A stretch of 45,627 nt of DNA. Origin: Thermostichus sp. DRC_bins_24 (GTDB taxonomy: Bacteria > Cyanobacteriota > Cyanobacteriia > Thermostichales > Thermostichaceae). Shown here piece by piece: positions 8,964-18,717 of this stretch; within the stretch, counting starts at the first letter, position 1; the number at the start of each line of letters is the position of its first letter. The stretch is taken from contig JAUQVK010000095.1 in the NCBI GenBank assembly GCA_039794845.1, positions 1-45,627 on the forward strand. Direction: 5' to 3'. The notes under the pieces are model-generated. The model was not told the origin of the DNA. It was given only the letters and a program-made list of their open reading frames with translations, and ran no database searches. The translations under genes were made by a program, and so were the position numbers.

Positions 8964-9503
8964 TCAGGCATGGGGCCACTGGACCCGCTCTGACCCTGAG
9001 CCAGCCTGGGGCTTCTCGATTGGGATGGTGCTCCGCACCCCGCAAAGTGGGATCCCGGCTTGGCGATAAATTTGCTCCATCACCTTGCGGGGATCCTTGA
9101 AGGAACGGCGCTCGGCATCGTATTCAGCCCACACGGTAGGCAGATCATAGATGTAACGTCCCACCCCAAAGGCAGAACAGGCGCGTTTGAAAGCGCGGGC
9201 AATGGCGCTGGTGTAGGCGTTATCTCCCTCATCCGCCAGCTCCCCCACATCCTCCTTGGACACTCCCAAGATCGTCAGCCGACAAATCACCGCCTTGTCT
9301 TCCCAGGGTCGGTAGGCAACCTGCCACCCCGCTGGCCCAATCCTATCGTCCAAAGCCTGCTGATACACCCGCACATCTGCATAGGGCATGGCCAGTGCCC
9401 GTGCTTTGTCGCGGGTCGTCGCCCCCGGTTTGATCTCCATCACCTCCAGAGGGAAGGGGGCTACCAGTTTGCTGTAGCTTTCATTCAAAGACATGACAGC
9501 CAC
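8964..9503 (-). CDS. Rad52/Rad22-family single-strand annealing protein (DdrA/Sak-like)
   Basis: L.APFP...KPG...RALAMPYADVR..Q..LD...P.GW, RLTILGVSKEDVGE, AFKRACSAFGVGRYIYDLP.VWAEYD match the Deinococcus DdrA/Rad52 pattern as recalled. Confidence 0.85.
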   Translation of the reverse strand: MAVMSLNESYSKLVAPFPLEVMEIKPGATTRDKARALAMPYADVRVYQQALDDRIGPAGWQVAYRPWEDKAVICRLTILGVSKEDVGELADEGDNAYTSAIARAFKRACSAFGVGRYIYDLPTVWAEYDAERRSFKDPRKVMEQIYRQAGIPLCGVRSTIPIEKPQAGSGSERVQWPHA

Positions 9504-9659
9504 ATCGCTCCCGTCAAGAATACCGCCCGCCAGGGTTACAGGTGGGGTGTTTCAACTCTAATCGCATTCTCACAATCTGGGTTTATGATTTCCAAATTGG
9601 ATCCCGGCCCAGCTCCTGTGTGCCCTGGGATCCCGACCCATCCGACAAAGGAGTGTTCA

Positions 9660-10319
9660 TTGCTGGACAAGGTGCTGAGGCAGTGGAAGGAGCGACTGTT
9701 GGCTCCCCTGCTCGAGACCCCGCTACAACAAGTTCATCCACTGGCGATCACCCTGTCGGGGTTTGCCATTGGCCTGGGCTCCGGAACGGCAGCTGCCATG
9801 GGGGCCTACGGGTTGGGATTGGGCTTGTGGTTGCTGAACCGGGTTATGGACGGGCTGGATGGCACCTTGGCGCGTCTGCAGCGGCGGCAAAGCGATCTGG
9901 GGGGCTACCTGGATATGCTGCTGGATGTGGTGGTTTATGCGGCCGTCCCTCTTGGCTTGGCCTTTCACCAGGGATCCCTGCTGGGCTATGCGGTTTTGGC
10001 CCTGATGCTGGCCAGCTTTTACATCAACCTTTGCGCTTGGATGTATTTGGCGGGGTTGTTGGAAAAACGACAACAGGCCAGTGATAATGCTCTGGCTCGT
10101 CCGAAGGATGATAGGCTAACTAGCCTGTCCATGCCGTCGGGGTTGATTGAGGGCAGTGAAACGATTGTTTTTTACGGTTTGTTTTTCCTTTTCCCGCAGC
10201 AGATGGTGGGCCTATTTGGGCTGATGGCGGTTTTGGTGCTCTTCAGCGCGGTGCAGCGGCTGATCTGGGCAATAGGCTGCCTTTCGGAATCATCTAAAGA
10301 TGACAATCAGGATCCCTAA
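9660..10319 (+). CDS. CDP-alcohol phosphatidyltransferase family protein (YnjF-like)
   Basis: DGLDGTLAR...SDLGGYLDMLLD motif and GLIEGSET. TTG start with AAGGAG RBS; the upstream part of the 419-aa ORF is judged spurious. Confidence 0.88.
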   Translation: MLDKVLRQWKERLLAPLLETPLQQVHPLAITLSGFAIGLGSGTAAAMGAYGLGLGLWLLNRVMDGLDGTLARLQRRQSDLGGYLDMLLDVVVYAAVPLGLAFHQGSLLGYAVLALMLASFYINLCAWMYLAGLLEKRQQASDNALARPKDDRLTSLSMPSGLIEGSETIVFYGLFFLFPQQMVGLFGLMAVLVLFSAVQRLIWAIGCLSESSKDDNQDP

Positions 10320-10665
10320 ATTAATTCCGGGTACATCGAAAAATTCAAGCCTTATTGAGAATAGCAACGATAGAGTAAGGACTCTAGCCTTATCCGATTT
10401 GCAACAAGGTAATTAATCCCTGCAAGATTACAGTCATTGCAATCATTGCAATTGAAGCTGAAACAGCTCCCTCACCCCCTTCGCGCAGTGTGGCACCGAC
10501 CGTAGCCCCTCTCCCAGAACAGAAGAGGGGAGCCCGAAAGTGTATTGCTCTTGCTTGGAGTGACCCTATCTTCACAAAGAGGTGGGGCGCAAGGCGACAG
10601 AGCCGCAACAGTTGCAGTTCAAGCAAGGGGTGGATCCCCTGAGAAACCCTGACAAGGTACGAGCT

Positions 10666-12090
10666 CTACAAACGGTTGTCAGCGGATAAAGCTCCCTCGG
10701 GTGGACACAAGGAGCGGGGGATCCCTTTCAAAAGCCGCTCCATCTCCGTTTGCAAATCTTGGGTTAGAGCTTGTACTGCCTGTCGGCGATTGGCTTGGTA
10801 GTCGGGCCAGCGTTCCGAGACCGAAAGGGGATCCCCAATGCTGAAGCGAGCCAGACGCGGTCCCAAGCTGGGGGGGGCGGTTCTGGCGGGGTTTTCCCCC
10901 TTGATCCAGGCCAACAGGCTCCAGAGGCGTAGGGCAGTTTCCGCCAATCCTTGTAGGCTGGGCTGCTCCGGTACCGGGCGCACTGCAAACACCAGCAGAG
11001 TTTCGACGAGGCGCATGTGCCAGAGGTGAAAGCTAGCCTCAGAGGCAACCCGATTGGCCAAACCCCGCTCCAGGGGAGAAAGAGAGGGAATATCGGCGAT
11101 ATCCTCCCGATAGATCCAAGCCCAGCCCGCTTGTTCGATGCGATGCCGCCGCTCGATCAAATCCCCCTGTGGCTGTAAGCCGAAATGGTGTTCTGCCACG
11201 CGCAGGGCCAGATCCGACAAACGTTGCAGACGCGCCAACAGATCGGCCTCTCCTGCCAGAGCGTTGACCGAATCGGCCTCGGGCAGGGCAGGGACATAAA
11301 AGCGCTCGTAAAAGAGCTGCATCACCTCGATTAGGTGTTCCCCCAGGCGGACAATGCGAGCCAGCAGATATTCTCGGCCGACATGCGCCGATTTAACCGG
11401 CGGGAGCTTGCAGTCCGCCTCCATGCGGCTGAGCAGCCGGGCCAAAGCTCTACTGGGATCCTTCAGATAGTAGTAACGAAGGCCCACAGGCAGAATCAGC
11501 ACTTCCTCTGGACGCGCCGCCTTCCGCAGATCCTCCACCGCCCAAAAGCCCATCTGAGCCACCCCTGGTTCCAGAGGGTTGAGAAAACCACTCAGGCCAT
11601 TAATTGCCCCCTCCGGAGCCACTGCCAGCGGATACTGCCCCGATACAAACTGCTCGCGGGAACTTTTCAGCCCCGCCCGATCCAACCGGCCTCGCAAAAT
11701 CGGGATCCCTCCCAACCGGGGCAACCCCCAACGGGCGACAGATCCCAGCCACAAGGGCAAGCCACGATCATAAACAAACAAGACATGGGGGCGCCGCCGG
11801 AAGCGGATGCCGTGCTGCTTGGCCACCCGCGGCAGCAGATGGGAAAACAGGTACATCAAACAGGGGGGATCGTCGAGAGTCGGATGCCGAAACGCCACCA
11901 GCAAGCGAATTTTACCCGCTTCAAATTGCTGGTAAAGCCGGGCTAAACCCTCACCACCCTCCACCTCAACCCGCGGGATCCCCTTCGAGAATCGCAACCA
12001 AAGGGGCAAGCACATTTGGGCAAAATGAACCACCCACGGCGTCAATCGCGGCGGCAAAAACTTAAGGGGAGGTTGAACCGTTTGCTGCAT
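10666..12090 (-). CDS. phospholipid/glycerol acyltransferase (PlsC-like) family protein
   Basis: FRHPTLDDP (HX4D), VAPEGA, ILPVGLRY. Confidence 0.8.
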   Translation of the reverse strand: MQQTVQPPLKFLPPRLTPWVVHFAQMCLPLWLRFSKGIPRVEVEGGEGLARLYQQFEAGKIRLLVAFRHPTLDDPPCLMYLFSHLLPRVAKQHGIRFRRRPHVLFVYDRGLPLWLGSVARWGLPRLGGIPILRGRLDRAGLKSSREQFVSGQYPLAVAPEGAINGLSGFLNPLEPGVAQMGFWAVEDLRKAARPEEVLILPVGLRYYYLKDPSRALARLLSRMEADCKLPPVKSAHVGREYLLARIVRLGEHLIEVMQLFYERFYVPALPEADSVNALAGEADLLARLQRLSDLALRVAEHHFGLQPQGDLIERRHRIEQAGWAWIYREDIADIPSLSPLERGLANRVASEASFHLWHMRLVETLLVFAVRPVPEQPSLQGLAETALRLWSLLAWIKGENPARTAPPSLGPRLARFSIGDPLSVSERWPDYQANRRQAVQALTQDLQTEMERLLKGIPRSLCPPEGALSADNRL

Positions 12091-12215
12091 AGGGATCCTT
12101 TCCAAGGCCAGCCATGAACCCAGCCCTTGGACCCAATCTTAAAGAGGGGAAAGAGAGACAGAGCCTGGTCAAGGTCAGTTTGTGGACTGTCCTCCTTTTG
12201 CCCAGCCCCAAAAGT

Positions 12216-12668
12216 TCAAGCCTCAGCTTTTTTTTTCTTGCGGCCCCGGGTCGCCTTTGGGGGAGCTTCCTCCGTGGTGGCTGACTCCTCCATCACCTGA
12301 CCGTTCAGTACTTGCTTGAGGTGAATGTGCTTGTAGCCCAGCTGAATCTCAAACTCATCCCCAGGATTGAGCTGCATCTTTTCGGTGTAAGCTGCTCCAA
12401 TGATCAGCTGCCCATTTTTGTGAACACTGACCCGAAAGGTTGGCTCACGACCACGTTTGTCACGGCTGGAACCGGGAGTGAGACTCAGACCTTTTGCCGC
12501 CAGCACCGCATCATAAAACTCATTTAAGTTGACGCGAGGCTTGTTGGTCTTGGTTAGGGTTACATAGCCACATCGCTTTGCCGTTTCCCGACGCGGAAGA
12601 TGCCCCAGGGCTTCAACCTTCTGGAGCAGAGCCTTGCCAGTTAAAGGCTGTGGTGGTATGTCCGACAT
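12216..12668 (-). CDS. cyanobacterial AbrB-like transcriptional regulator (cyAbrB)
   Basis: LTGKALLQKV..AKRCGY..FYDAVLAAKG, RGREPTFRVSVHKNGQLIIGAAYT..GDEFEIQLGYKHIHL. Confidence 0.92.
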   Translation of the reverse strand: MSDIPPQPLTGKALLQKVEALGHLPRRETAKRCGYVTLTKTNKPRVNLNEFYDAVLAAKGLSLTPGSSRDKRGREPTFRVSVHKNGQLIIGAAYTEKMQLNPGDEFEIQLGYKHIHLKQVLNGQVMEESATTEEAPPKATRGRKKKKAEA

Positions 12669-12809
12669 TTTTTAATGGCCTATATCCTTCTCTAGAATCA
12701 TAGCCTCCCAGTGTACTTTTGCAACCAAAAGTTTGAGGTTTTTTTGAAGACAAGTTTTGCTCCTGTTGCTTGAACCAGCCGGCTTGCAGGGAAAGACTCC
12801 TCCTAATAG

Positions 12810-12841
12810 GCCTTTCCGCTCTTGTCAAAAGGCGGAGAGGC
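12810..12841. terminator. GC-rich hairpin just downstream of the OYE gene (possible 3'-end structure)
   Basis: GCCTTTCCGC...GCGGAGAGGC stem; only a weak U-tract on the minus strand. Confidence 0.35.
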
Positions 12842-12850
12842 AAAAAGAAC

Positions 12851-13966
12851 TCAAGAGCTGAAGGCCACCCCTGCTTTTGTTGGCTCCAGGGTTGGGTAAT
12901 CGGTATAGCCCTTTGGCCCTTCGGTGTAGTAGGTAGATCGATCCAGAGGATTCAGCGGGGCTCCCTGGGCAAAGCGTTGTGGCAAATCGGGATTGGCGAT
13001 AAAAAGTCGCCCAAACGAGACCAGATCTGCTTCTTGACGAGCCAAAACCTGGGTGGCTTTCTGGAAGTCGTAGCCGCCATTTACCATCAAATTGCCCCGG
13101 TAGAGCGGACGAAAGATTGCTGTTGGGATAGAGGTGGCCCCGTGGCGCAAATCCGACTCGCCCGTCTCCATAATTTGCAGATGAGAGAGAGGGAAGCGAT
13201 TCAGTTGCTCCACCACATAGCTAAAGGTGCGAACCGGATCGGAATCCGCCATGTTGTGGTAAGTGTTGCTGGGGGAAAGTTTAATTCCAACCCGTCCGGC
13301 TCCCCAAACCGCGATCACCGCTGCGGTAACTTCCAGCAGGAAACGAGCCCGATTTTCCAAGGAGCCCCCGTAGGCATCGGTACGGCAGTTGCTGTTGTCT
13401 TGCAGAAATTGGTCGAACAGGTAGCCAAAGGCAGCGTGCAGCTCAACCCCGTCAAACCCGGCCCGGCGAGCATTTTCGGCCCCTCGACGAAAGTCCGCAA
13501 CAATCTGGGCAATTTCTTGGGTTTCCAAGGGGCGTGGAGTGACGTAGGGATGTTGGCTTCCGTCTGCCAAGGTGACACAGCCTGTGGCAGCAATCGCCGA
13601 AGGGGCAACAGGCCACTGGCCCTGTTCTTGCAACAGTGGATGGGAGAGCCGCCCCACATGCCACAGTTGCAGAAAAATTCTCCCCCCCGCCTGATGGACG
13701 GCGTCGGTGACCTGCTGCCACCCCGCCACCTGGGCCTGAGTGTAAATGCCTGGCGTGCGTGGATACCCTACCCCCTGCGGGGAAACCTGAGTGGCTTCAG
13801 CGATGATCAACCCGGCGCCGGCGCGTTGTTTGTAGTAGAGGGCATTCAACGGAGTCGGAACATTGCCTGCCCCGGCCCGACAGCGGGTGAGAGCCGCCAT
13901 GACGATGCGGTTGGGCAACTGCAGAGCCCCCAGTTGCAGAGGGGTAAATAGATTGGGGGTGACCAT
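12851..13966 (-). CDS. old yellow enzyme / NemA-like alkene reductase (FMN)
   Basis: NRIVMAALTRCRA, YYKQRAGAGLII.EAT, QLWHVGR, AGFDGVELHAAFGYLFDQFL, YGGSLENRARF, FGRLFIANPDL; ATG 13966. Confidence 0.93.
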   Translation of the reverse strand: MVTPNLFTPLQLGALQLPNRIVMAALTRCRAGAGNVPTPLNALYYKQRAGAGLIIAEATQVSPQGVGYPRTPGIYTQAQVAGWQQVTDAVHQAGGRIFLQLWHVGRLSHPLLQEQGQWPVAPSAIAATGCVTLADGSQHPYVTPRPLETQEIAQIVADFRRGAENARRAGFDGVELHAAFGYLFDQFLQDNSNCRTDAYGGSLENRARFLLEVTAAVIAVWGAGRVGIKLSPSNTYHNMADSDPVRTFSYVVEQLNRFPLSHLQIMETGESDLRHGATSIPTAIFRPLYRGNLMVNGGYDFQKATQVLARQEADLVSFGRLFIANPDLPQRFAQGAPLNPLDRSTYYTEGPKGYTDYPTLEPTKAGVAFSS

Positions 13967-14137
13967 AAAACCGGCTTTGACAACACAGCCCTGCAGTATA
14001 GAGGGCCACGATCCCAAGAAGCTGTAGCAAGGGATCCCCCTTTTGGGTTTCGCCCAGAGAGAGTCCATGCCAAAAAAATCGGGTCGGGATCCACCCGATG
14101 AACCAGCACTAAAACAGATCCCCACGATCCCTATCAA

Positions 14138-14187
14138 TTGGAAGCTTCTTAGTGCTTATCTGTTGGAAGCTTCTTAGTGCTTATCTG
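14138..14187 (+). repeat. perfect 25-bp tandem duplication
   Basis: TTGGAAGCTTCTTAGTGCTTATCTG at 14138-14162 and again at 14163-14187. Confidence 0.95.
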
Positions 14188-14196
14188 GCCAAATAC

Positions 14197-14350
14197 TACA
14201 GCCCTTTACGCCTAGGGCACGCTGGCGCGTTCGCCCATGGCGGCCCATAGGGCACCGCTAGTCCCAGGTAACAACCGTGGAAGTTGAGATCCACCCCCCA
14301 GGGCTAAAGAAGCACAAGCCCTGCCGTAGAAAACCCGTGTAAGGGCTGTA
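14197..14350. mobile_element. MITE-like element, copy 1
   Basis: 10-bp terminal inverted repeats TACAGCCCTT / AAGGGCTGTA; internal blocks shared with 31729-31851. Confidence 0.7.
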
Positions 14351-14578
14351 TCCCCACTTGCTAAGCGTGTTCTGGGGACAAAACCTCAAGAATACTTGGT
14401 TACTGTTAAAAAATATGTCGATTGAACTGCACTCATTGCGGATCAATGTAGGAAGAAGGCTAGCAATCCCCATGCAAGCTTAACTTTGTGAACTTTGTGT
14501 GTGGGTCATGGGGTGCGCTCATGCATCTGGGTACAAAGTCAACCTCTGTTAGCAAAGGTGTTAGTGGGGGAGGGGAAA

Positions 14579-15661
14579 ATGCGGTGCAAAAAACTGTTTG
14601 CTTCGGCTGTGGGTGGTGTTGTGCTCAGTACAGTGCTTGGCGGGTACCACTGTGGGTGGGTTACGCAAGTCCAAAAGCAAAAGACTACCTTTTCACTGGC
14701 TTTTCTGACAACAGCTGCTCTGGCTAGTCCAAAAACCGTTGTGTCTATCGCTCCTACAGAAGTCCCACAGGCAGTCAAGATAGCTCAGACAGAAACGACC
14801 CAGCCTCTGACAAGCAGTCCGCCTTCTGGGCAAGCCCCTGAAGCAACCGTTCCTGCCACAAATAGCCCTGCTTGCTCTGAGGCTAAGGATCGGCAAGTGG
14901 TTGAGGAGATGCTCAAAGCCATGGGTCAGCCCAATCTGGCGGTGGATAAGGTTGCTACATTCGGGGGGGTTGGCACCGGCGAGTCTTGCATCGTCGAGTT
15001 AAACCTAAGTGTGAAAAATCTGTCAGGGCCTATCTCATCCCAGATTGCTGAGCTCACCGGCCTGCGCAAGCTCTCCATGGATGTTAACAAGCTAACCGGT
15101 TCGATTCCGGTTGAGCTAGCCCAGCTTCAGCTCCTGGAGGAGTTGAGTCTGGACGGTAATGATTTCAGTGGTGAAATCCCCTCTGAGCTAGGGGAGCTAA
15201 CCTCGCTGAAGGAGTTGAGCCTTTCCGGCAACCAGCTCACCGGCGGGATCCCGGTGGAACTGGCCAAGCTGCAACGTCTACGTGTCTTAAATCTCCACAA
15301 TAATGAGCTGTCTGGCCCCATTCCGCCTGAGCTAGGAAACTTGACAAACCTAAAAAACCTGAGGCTGTACATGAACGCCCTCAGTGGATCGATCCCGCCG
15401 GAGCTAGGCAAGCTGACAGCCCTGGAAACATTGGAACTCTTCGACAATCAGCTGAGCGGTGCGGTTCCCGCAGAGTTGGGCAACTTGGTACGGCTAGAGC
15501 TCTTGGAGTTACATCAGAATCAGCTGAGTGGCCCCTTGCCCGATAGCTTTGCCAACCTCACCAAGTTGGTCGGTCTGAGCCTTGCCAGAAACAACGGCCT
15601 TTGTGCTCCCTCGCAGTTCAAAGCGGCACGGTGGTACAAGCCTGAGATGGCCTGTCCTTAG
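14579..15661 (+). CDS. putative secreted leucine-rich repeat protein with plant-type 24-aa LRRs
   Basis: About 9 repeats of LxxLxLxxNxLSGxIPxELGxL; hydrophobic N-terminus and a P/T/S/A-rich linker; GGAGGGG before ATG 14579. Confidence 0.9.
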   Translation: MRCKKLFASAVGGVVLSTVLGGYHCGWVTQVQKQKTTFSLAFLTTAALASPKTVVSIAPTEVPQAVKIAQTETTQPLTSSPPSGQAPEATVPATNSPACSEAKDRQVVEEMLKAMGQPNLAVDKVATFGGVGTGESCIVELNLSVKNLSGPISSQIAELTGLRKLSMDVNKLTGSIPVELAQLQLLEELSLDGNDFSGEIPSELGELTSLKELSLSGNQLTGGIPVELAKLQRLRVLNLHNNELSGPIPPELGNLTNLKNLRLYMNALSGSIPPELGKLTALETLELFDNQLSGAVPAELGNLVRLELLELHQNQLSGPLPDSFANLTKLVGLSLARNNGLCAPSQFKAARWYKPEMACP

Positions 15662-15712
15662 AACCTGTCTCTAGAAACAACGGTTGCCGGAAGTTACAGC
15701 CTGCGCTGGGCT

Positions 15713-18487
15713 TTAATTGGGATCCACCCGATTGGCCACCGCCGAAACAGCAATCATCGGCAAGCCCACCACCAAGCACAGGCCCCATTGCGCCCAAGAC
15801 AGCGGTGCCGTATCGAAGATGAGGTTGAAGAGGCTCCATTGGCTAAAGAGGATCTGCAACAGGATCGCCCCCCCAATACCGATGGCGATGGCTGCCGTAT
15901 CCATGAGGCGTTCGTGGCGTTCCAGTTGGCTGGCGCGTCCACGGCCTAGGAGGGTGGGAATCGCCTGGCTCAAGCTGAGCAGATAGAAAATTCGCCCTAT
16001 CACCAAGGCTTGGATGGCCATCGAGCGGGCAAGGTCGATATTGCCGGTGGTTTGCTCGATGTACTCAAAGATGCCGAAGATCAAGATCCAGTTGAACACC
16101 GAGACCAGGAGAATCCGCTGTAGGAGGCTGGGGGAGAGCAGATTGGCCTTGGGATCCCGGGGCGGACGGGTCATCTCACGGCCCGTACTGGGCTCGAAAG
16201 ACAAGGGCACCGTCATGGTGATGGAGTTGATCATGTTCAGCCACAGCACCTGAATGGCCAGGATCGGCAGCTCGCGGCCCAAGAGCACACTGAGCAGGAT
16301 CGTCATGGATTCGCCACCATTCACCGGCAGGATGAAGGCGATCGCCTTGAGCAGGTTGTTGTAGACGGTGCGCCCCTCTTCTACGGCCGCTTCGATCGAG
16401 GCAAAGTTGTCATCCGTCAGGATCATATCGGCCGCAGCTTTGGCCACCTCGGTTCCACCCCGCCCCATGGCAATCCCCACATCTGCTTGTTTCAGGGCCG
16501 GCGCGTCGTTGACCCCATCTCCGGTCATGGCCACGATTTGCCCCCGCGATTGCAGCGCCTCCACCAGACGCAATTTTTGTTCGGGCACCACCCGCGCAAA
16601 GACGGATCCCTGATTGGCCGCATCGACAAACTCTTCCGGGCTCAACTGCTCCAGATCCCGTCCGCTGTAGGCCTTGACCGCCTGCCCCGCCCCCAGGCCC
16701 ATCTGTTCGGCAATCGCTCGGGCGGTCAGGACGTGGTCGCCGGTGATCATCTTCACCTGGATCCCGGCGGATTGGCAGGAACGAACGGCTACGATCGCCT
16801 CTTGCCGGGGCGGATCGATCATCCCTTGCAGTCCGAGAAAGGTCAGACCAGCAGCGATATCCGCATGCTCAAGCTTCTCCTGGCTGCTGGGAACCAGCTT
16901 CTGGGCAAAGGCCAAGACCCGCAAGCCCTGCCGGGCCAGGTGATCCGCCTGTTGCCAAATCCGCTCCTCTTCGATGGGTCGGAGTTCCCCCTGTGAACCC
17001 AGTTCCGTTTGGCAGCGACTGAGCAGCGCTTCCAGGGATCCCTTGACGTAAATACAGCGTTCCTCCGGTCCCAGTTGGTTGAGGGTGGCCATGTATTGAA
17101 ACTCAGACTCAAAGGGAATGCTGTCAAGGCGAGGATAGCGCCGGTGCAGTTCTTCAATTTCCAGGCCCGCTTTTTGCCCGGACACGATCAAGGCTGCTTC
17201 GGTGGGATCCCCCACCACTTCCAACAGGCCGTTCTCCTTAAGTTTCAGGCGGGTATCGTTACACAGGGATCCTACCAAGAGACAGGCTTTCAACGCGGGC
17301 AGAGCCTGTGGATCTGGTGGATCGACCGGAGCGGTATCGCCATCGGCGGGGGATCGAAGAATCTGACCCTGGGGACTGTAGCCCGAGCCGGTCACCCGAA
17401 ACCGTTCGCCCCCGGCATAGATTGCCTGTACCGTCATTTGGTTTTCTGTCAGAGTACCGGTTTTGTCGGAGCAGATCACCGTTGCACTGCCTAGGGTTTC
17501 CACCGCCGGCAATTTGCGGATAATGGCGTGTCGCTGCGCCATGCGCGAGACCCCAATGGCCAGAGTCACGGTCACCACAGCGGGCAAGCCCTCGGGAATG
17601 GCACTCACCGCCAAAGCCACAGCCGCCTCGAACACGGCGGCTGCCCCCTGACCCTGCAGCAGCCCAACGGCGAAGGTGATCGCAGCCAAGGTGAGGATGA
17701 TCTTGAGCAGCATCAGGCTGAATTGCTCGAATTTGCGCGTCAGCGGGGTTTCCAGGGATCCACCCTTTTCAATCAGCCCCGAGATGCGACCCGTTTGGGT
17801 CTCGTTGCCGATGGCGATTACCACGCCCATCCCCTGCCCAAAGGTGACAAAGCTACCGGCGTAGGCCATGTTCTGACGATCGGCAAGGGGGGTGTCTTCC
17901 GGCAGGGATCCCAGCTGCTTTTCCACGGGTACAGATTCCCCCGTGAGGGCGGACTCATCCACCTGTAGGTTGCGCACACTCAACAGGCGTAGGTCGGCGG
18001 GTACCTTATCCCCCGAGGCCAGCAGCACCACATCCCCCGGTACCAACTCCCGCGAGGGGATCCTCAGCTTCTGTCCCTCTCGAATGACAGTGGCTTCGGT
18101 GGTCACCGACTGGGCCAGGGCGGAGATGGCCTCTTCGGCTTTGGCCTCCTGGATGTAGCCGATGATGGCGTTGATCAGCACCACCGCCCAAATGACGATG
18201 GCGTTGCGCCAGGATCCCAGGAAAGCTTTGATCGTGCCCGCCACCATGAGGATGTAGAGCAGCGATTGGTTGAACTGCAGCAAAAAGCGCATCCAAGGGG
18301 GAGTGGCTGCCTTGGCCTTCAGCTCGTTGGGGCCGTACTGCTCCTGCCGTTCTGCCACCAGAGCCAGGGGTAAGCCCGTTTCCGCGAGGGTTTGTAGGGA
18401 GGATCCCGATGTGCCGACGACTTGCTGGATCACCTCCTGCTCCGGCAGGGCATGCCATTGGCTAGAAGGCAAGGTAATGGGGGGCAT
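15713..18487 (-). CDS. P-type cation-transporting ATPase (type II, Ca2+/PacL-like)
   Basis: [37 protein letters not shown]. Confidence 0.95.
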   Translation of the reverse strand: MPPITLPSSQWHALPEQEVIQQVVGTSGSSLQTLAETGLPLALVAERQEQYGPNELKAKAATPPWMRFLLQFNQSLLYILMVAGTIKAFLGSWRNAIVIWAVVLINAIIGYIQEAKAEEAISALAQSVTTEATVIREGQKLRIPSRELVPGDVVLLASGDKVPADLRLLSVRNLQVDESALTGESVPVEKQLGSLPEDTPLADRQNMAYAGSFVTFGQGMGVVIAIGNETQTGRISGLIEKGGSLETPLTRKFEQFSLMLLKIILTLAAITFAVGLLQGQGAAAVFEAAVALAVSAIPEGLPAVVTVTLAIGVSRMAQRHAIIRKLPAVETLGSATVICSDKTGTLTENQMTVQAIYAGGERFRVTGSGYSPQGQILRSPADGDTAPVDPPDPQALPALKACLLVGSLCNDTRLKLKENGLLEVVGDPTEAALIVSGQKAGLEIEELHRRYPRLDSIPFESEFQYMATLNQLGPEERCIYVKGSLEALLSRCQTELGSQGELRPIEEERIWQQADHLARQGLRVLAFAQKLVPSSQEKLEHADIAAGLTFLGLQGMIDPPRQEAIVAVRSCQSAGIQVKMITGDHVLTARAIAEQMGLGAGQAVKAYSGRDLEQLSPEEFVDAANQGSVFARVVPEQKLRLVEALQSRGQIVAMTGDGVNDAPALKQADVGIAMGRGGTEVAKAAADMILTDDNFASIEAAVEEGRTVYNNLLKAIAFILPVNGGESMTILLSVLLGRELPILAIQVLWLNMINSITMTVPLSFEPSTGREMTRPPRDPKANLLSPSLLQRILLVSVFNWILIFGIFEYIEQTTGNIDLARSMAIQALVIGRIFYLLSLSQAIPTLLGRGRASQLERHERLMDTAAIAIGIGGAILLQILFSQWSLFNLIFDTAPLSWAQWGLCLVVGLPMIAVSAVANRVDPN

Positions 18488-18717
18488 AGGGCTGTCTCCA
18501 GTCCAACACAATAGGACGATCAAGGCTTGGGTTAGCTCTAAGAGCGTACCGTCAGCCTAGCGGATGATACCAAACCGTTGCAGTTAAACGGCTGACATGA
18601 GGGTGTTATCCATCCGGTAAACGCAACCCCGAAGGAGGCAGAAAGGATTGTCCAGAAAAGGTTTCAGGGGAATCTTTGCCTATTCGATGCAATCGCTCAA
18701 TTCGTCATCAAAGATTA

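Noticed and set aside
9060..9659. N-terminal 200 aa of the 419-aa ORF as a fusion domain
   Set aside because: It is antisense to the Rad52-like gene, and a good RBS plus TTG start exists at 9660.
9504..9659. LexA or Deinococcus RDRM-type damage box upstream of the Rad52-like gene
   Set aside because: No convincing match was seen by eye.
12770..13951. Long antisense ORFs (e.g. 12770-13951, 419-1153, 20414-21325, 28051-29145, 37249-38274)
   Set aside because: These are shadow frames of well-supported genes in GC-rich DNA and show no recognisable motifs.
14138..14187. 25-bp repeats as a mini CRISPR array
   Set aside because: The repeats are contiguous with no spacer, and there are no cas genes in the window.
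15658..15676. TTAGAACCTGTCTCTAGAA after the LRR gene as an IS end
   Set aside because: Too short, and no partner inverted repeat or transposase was found.
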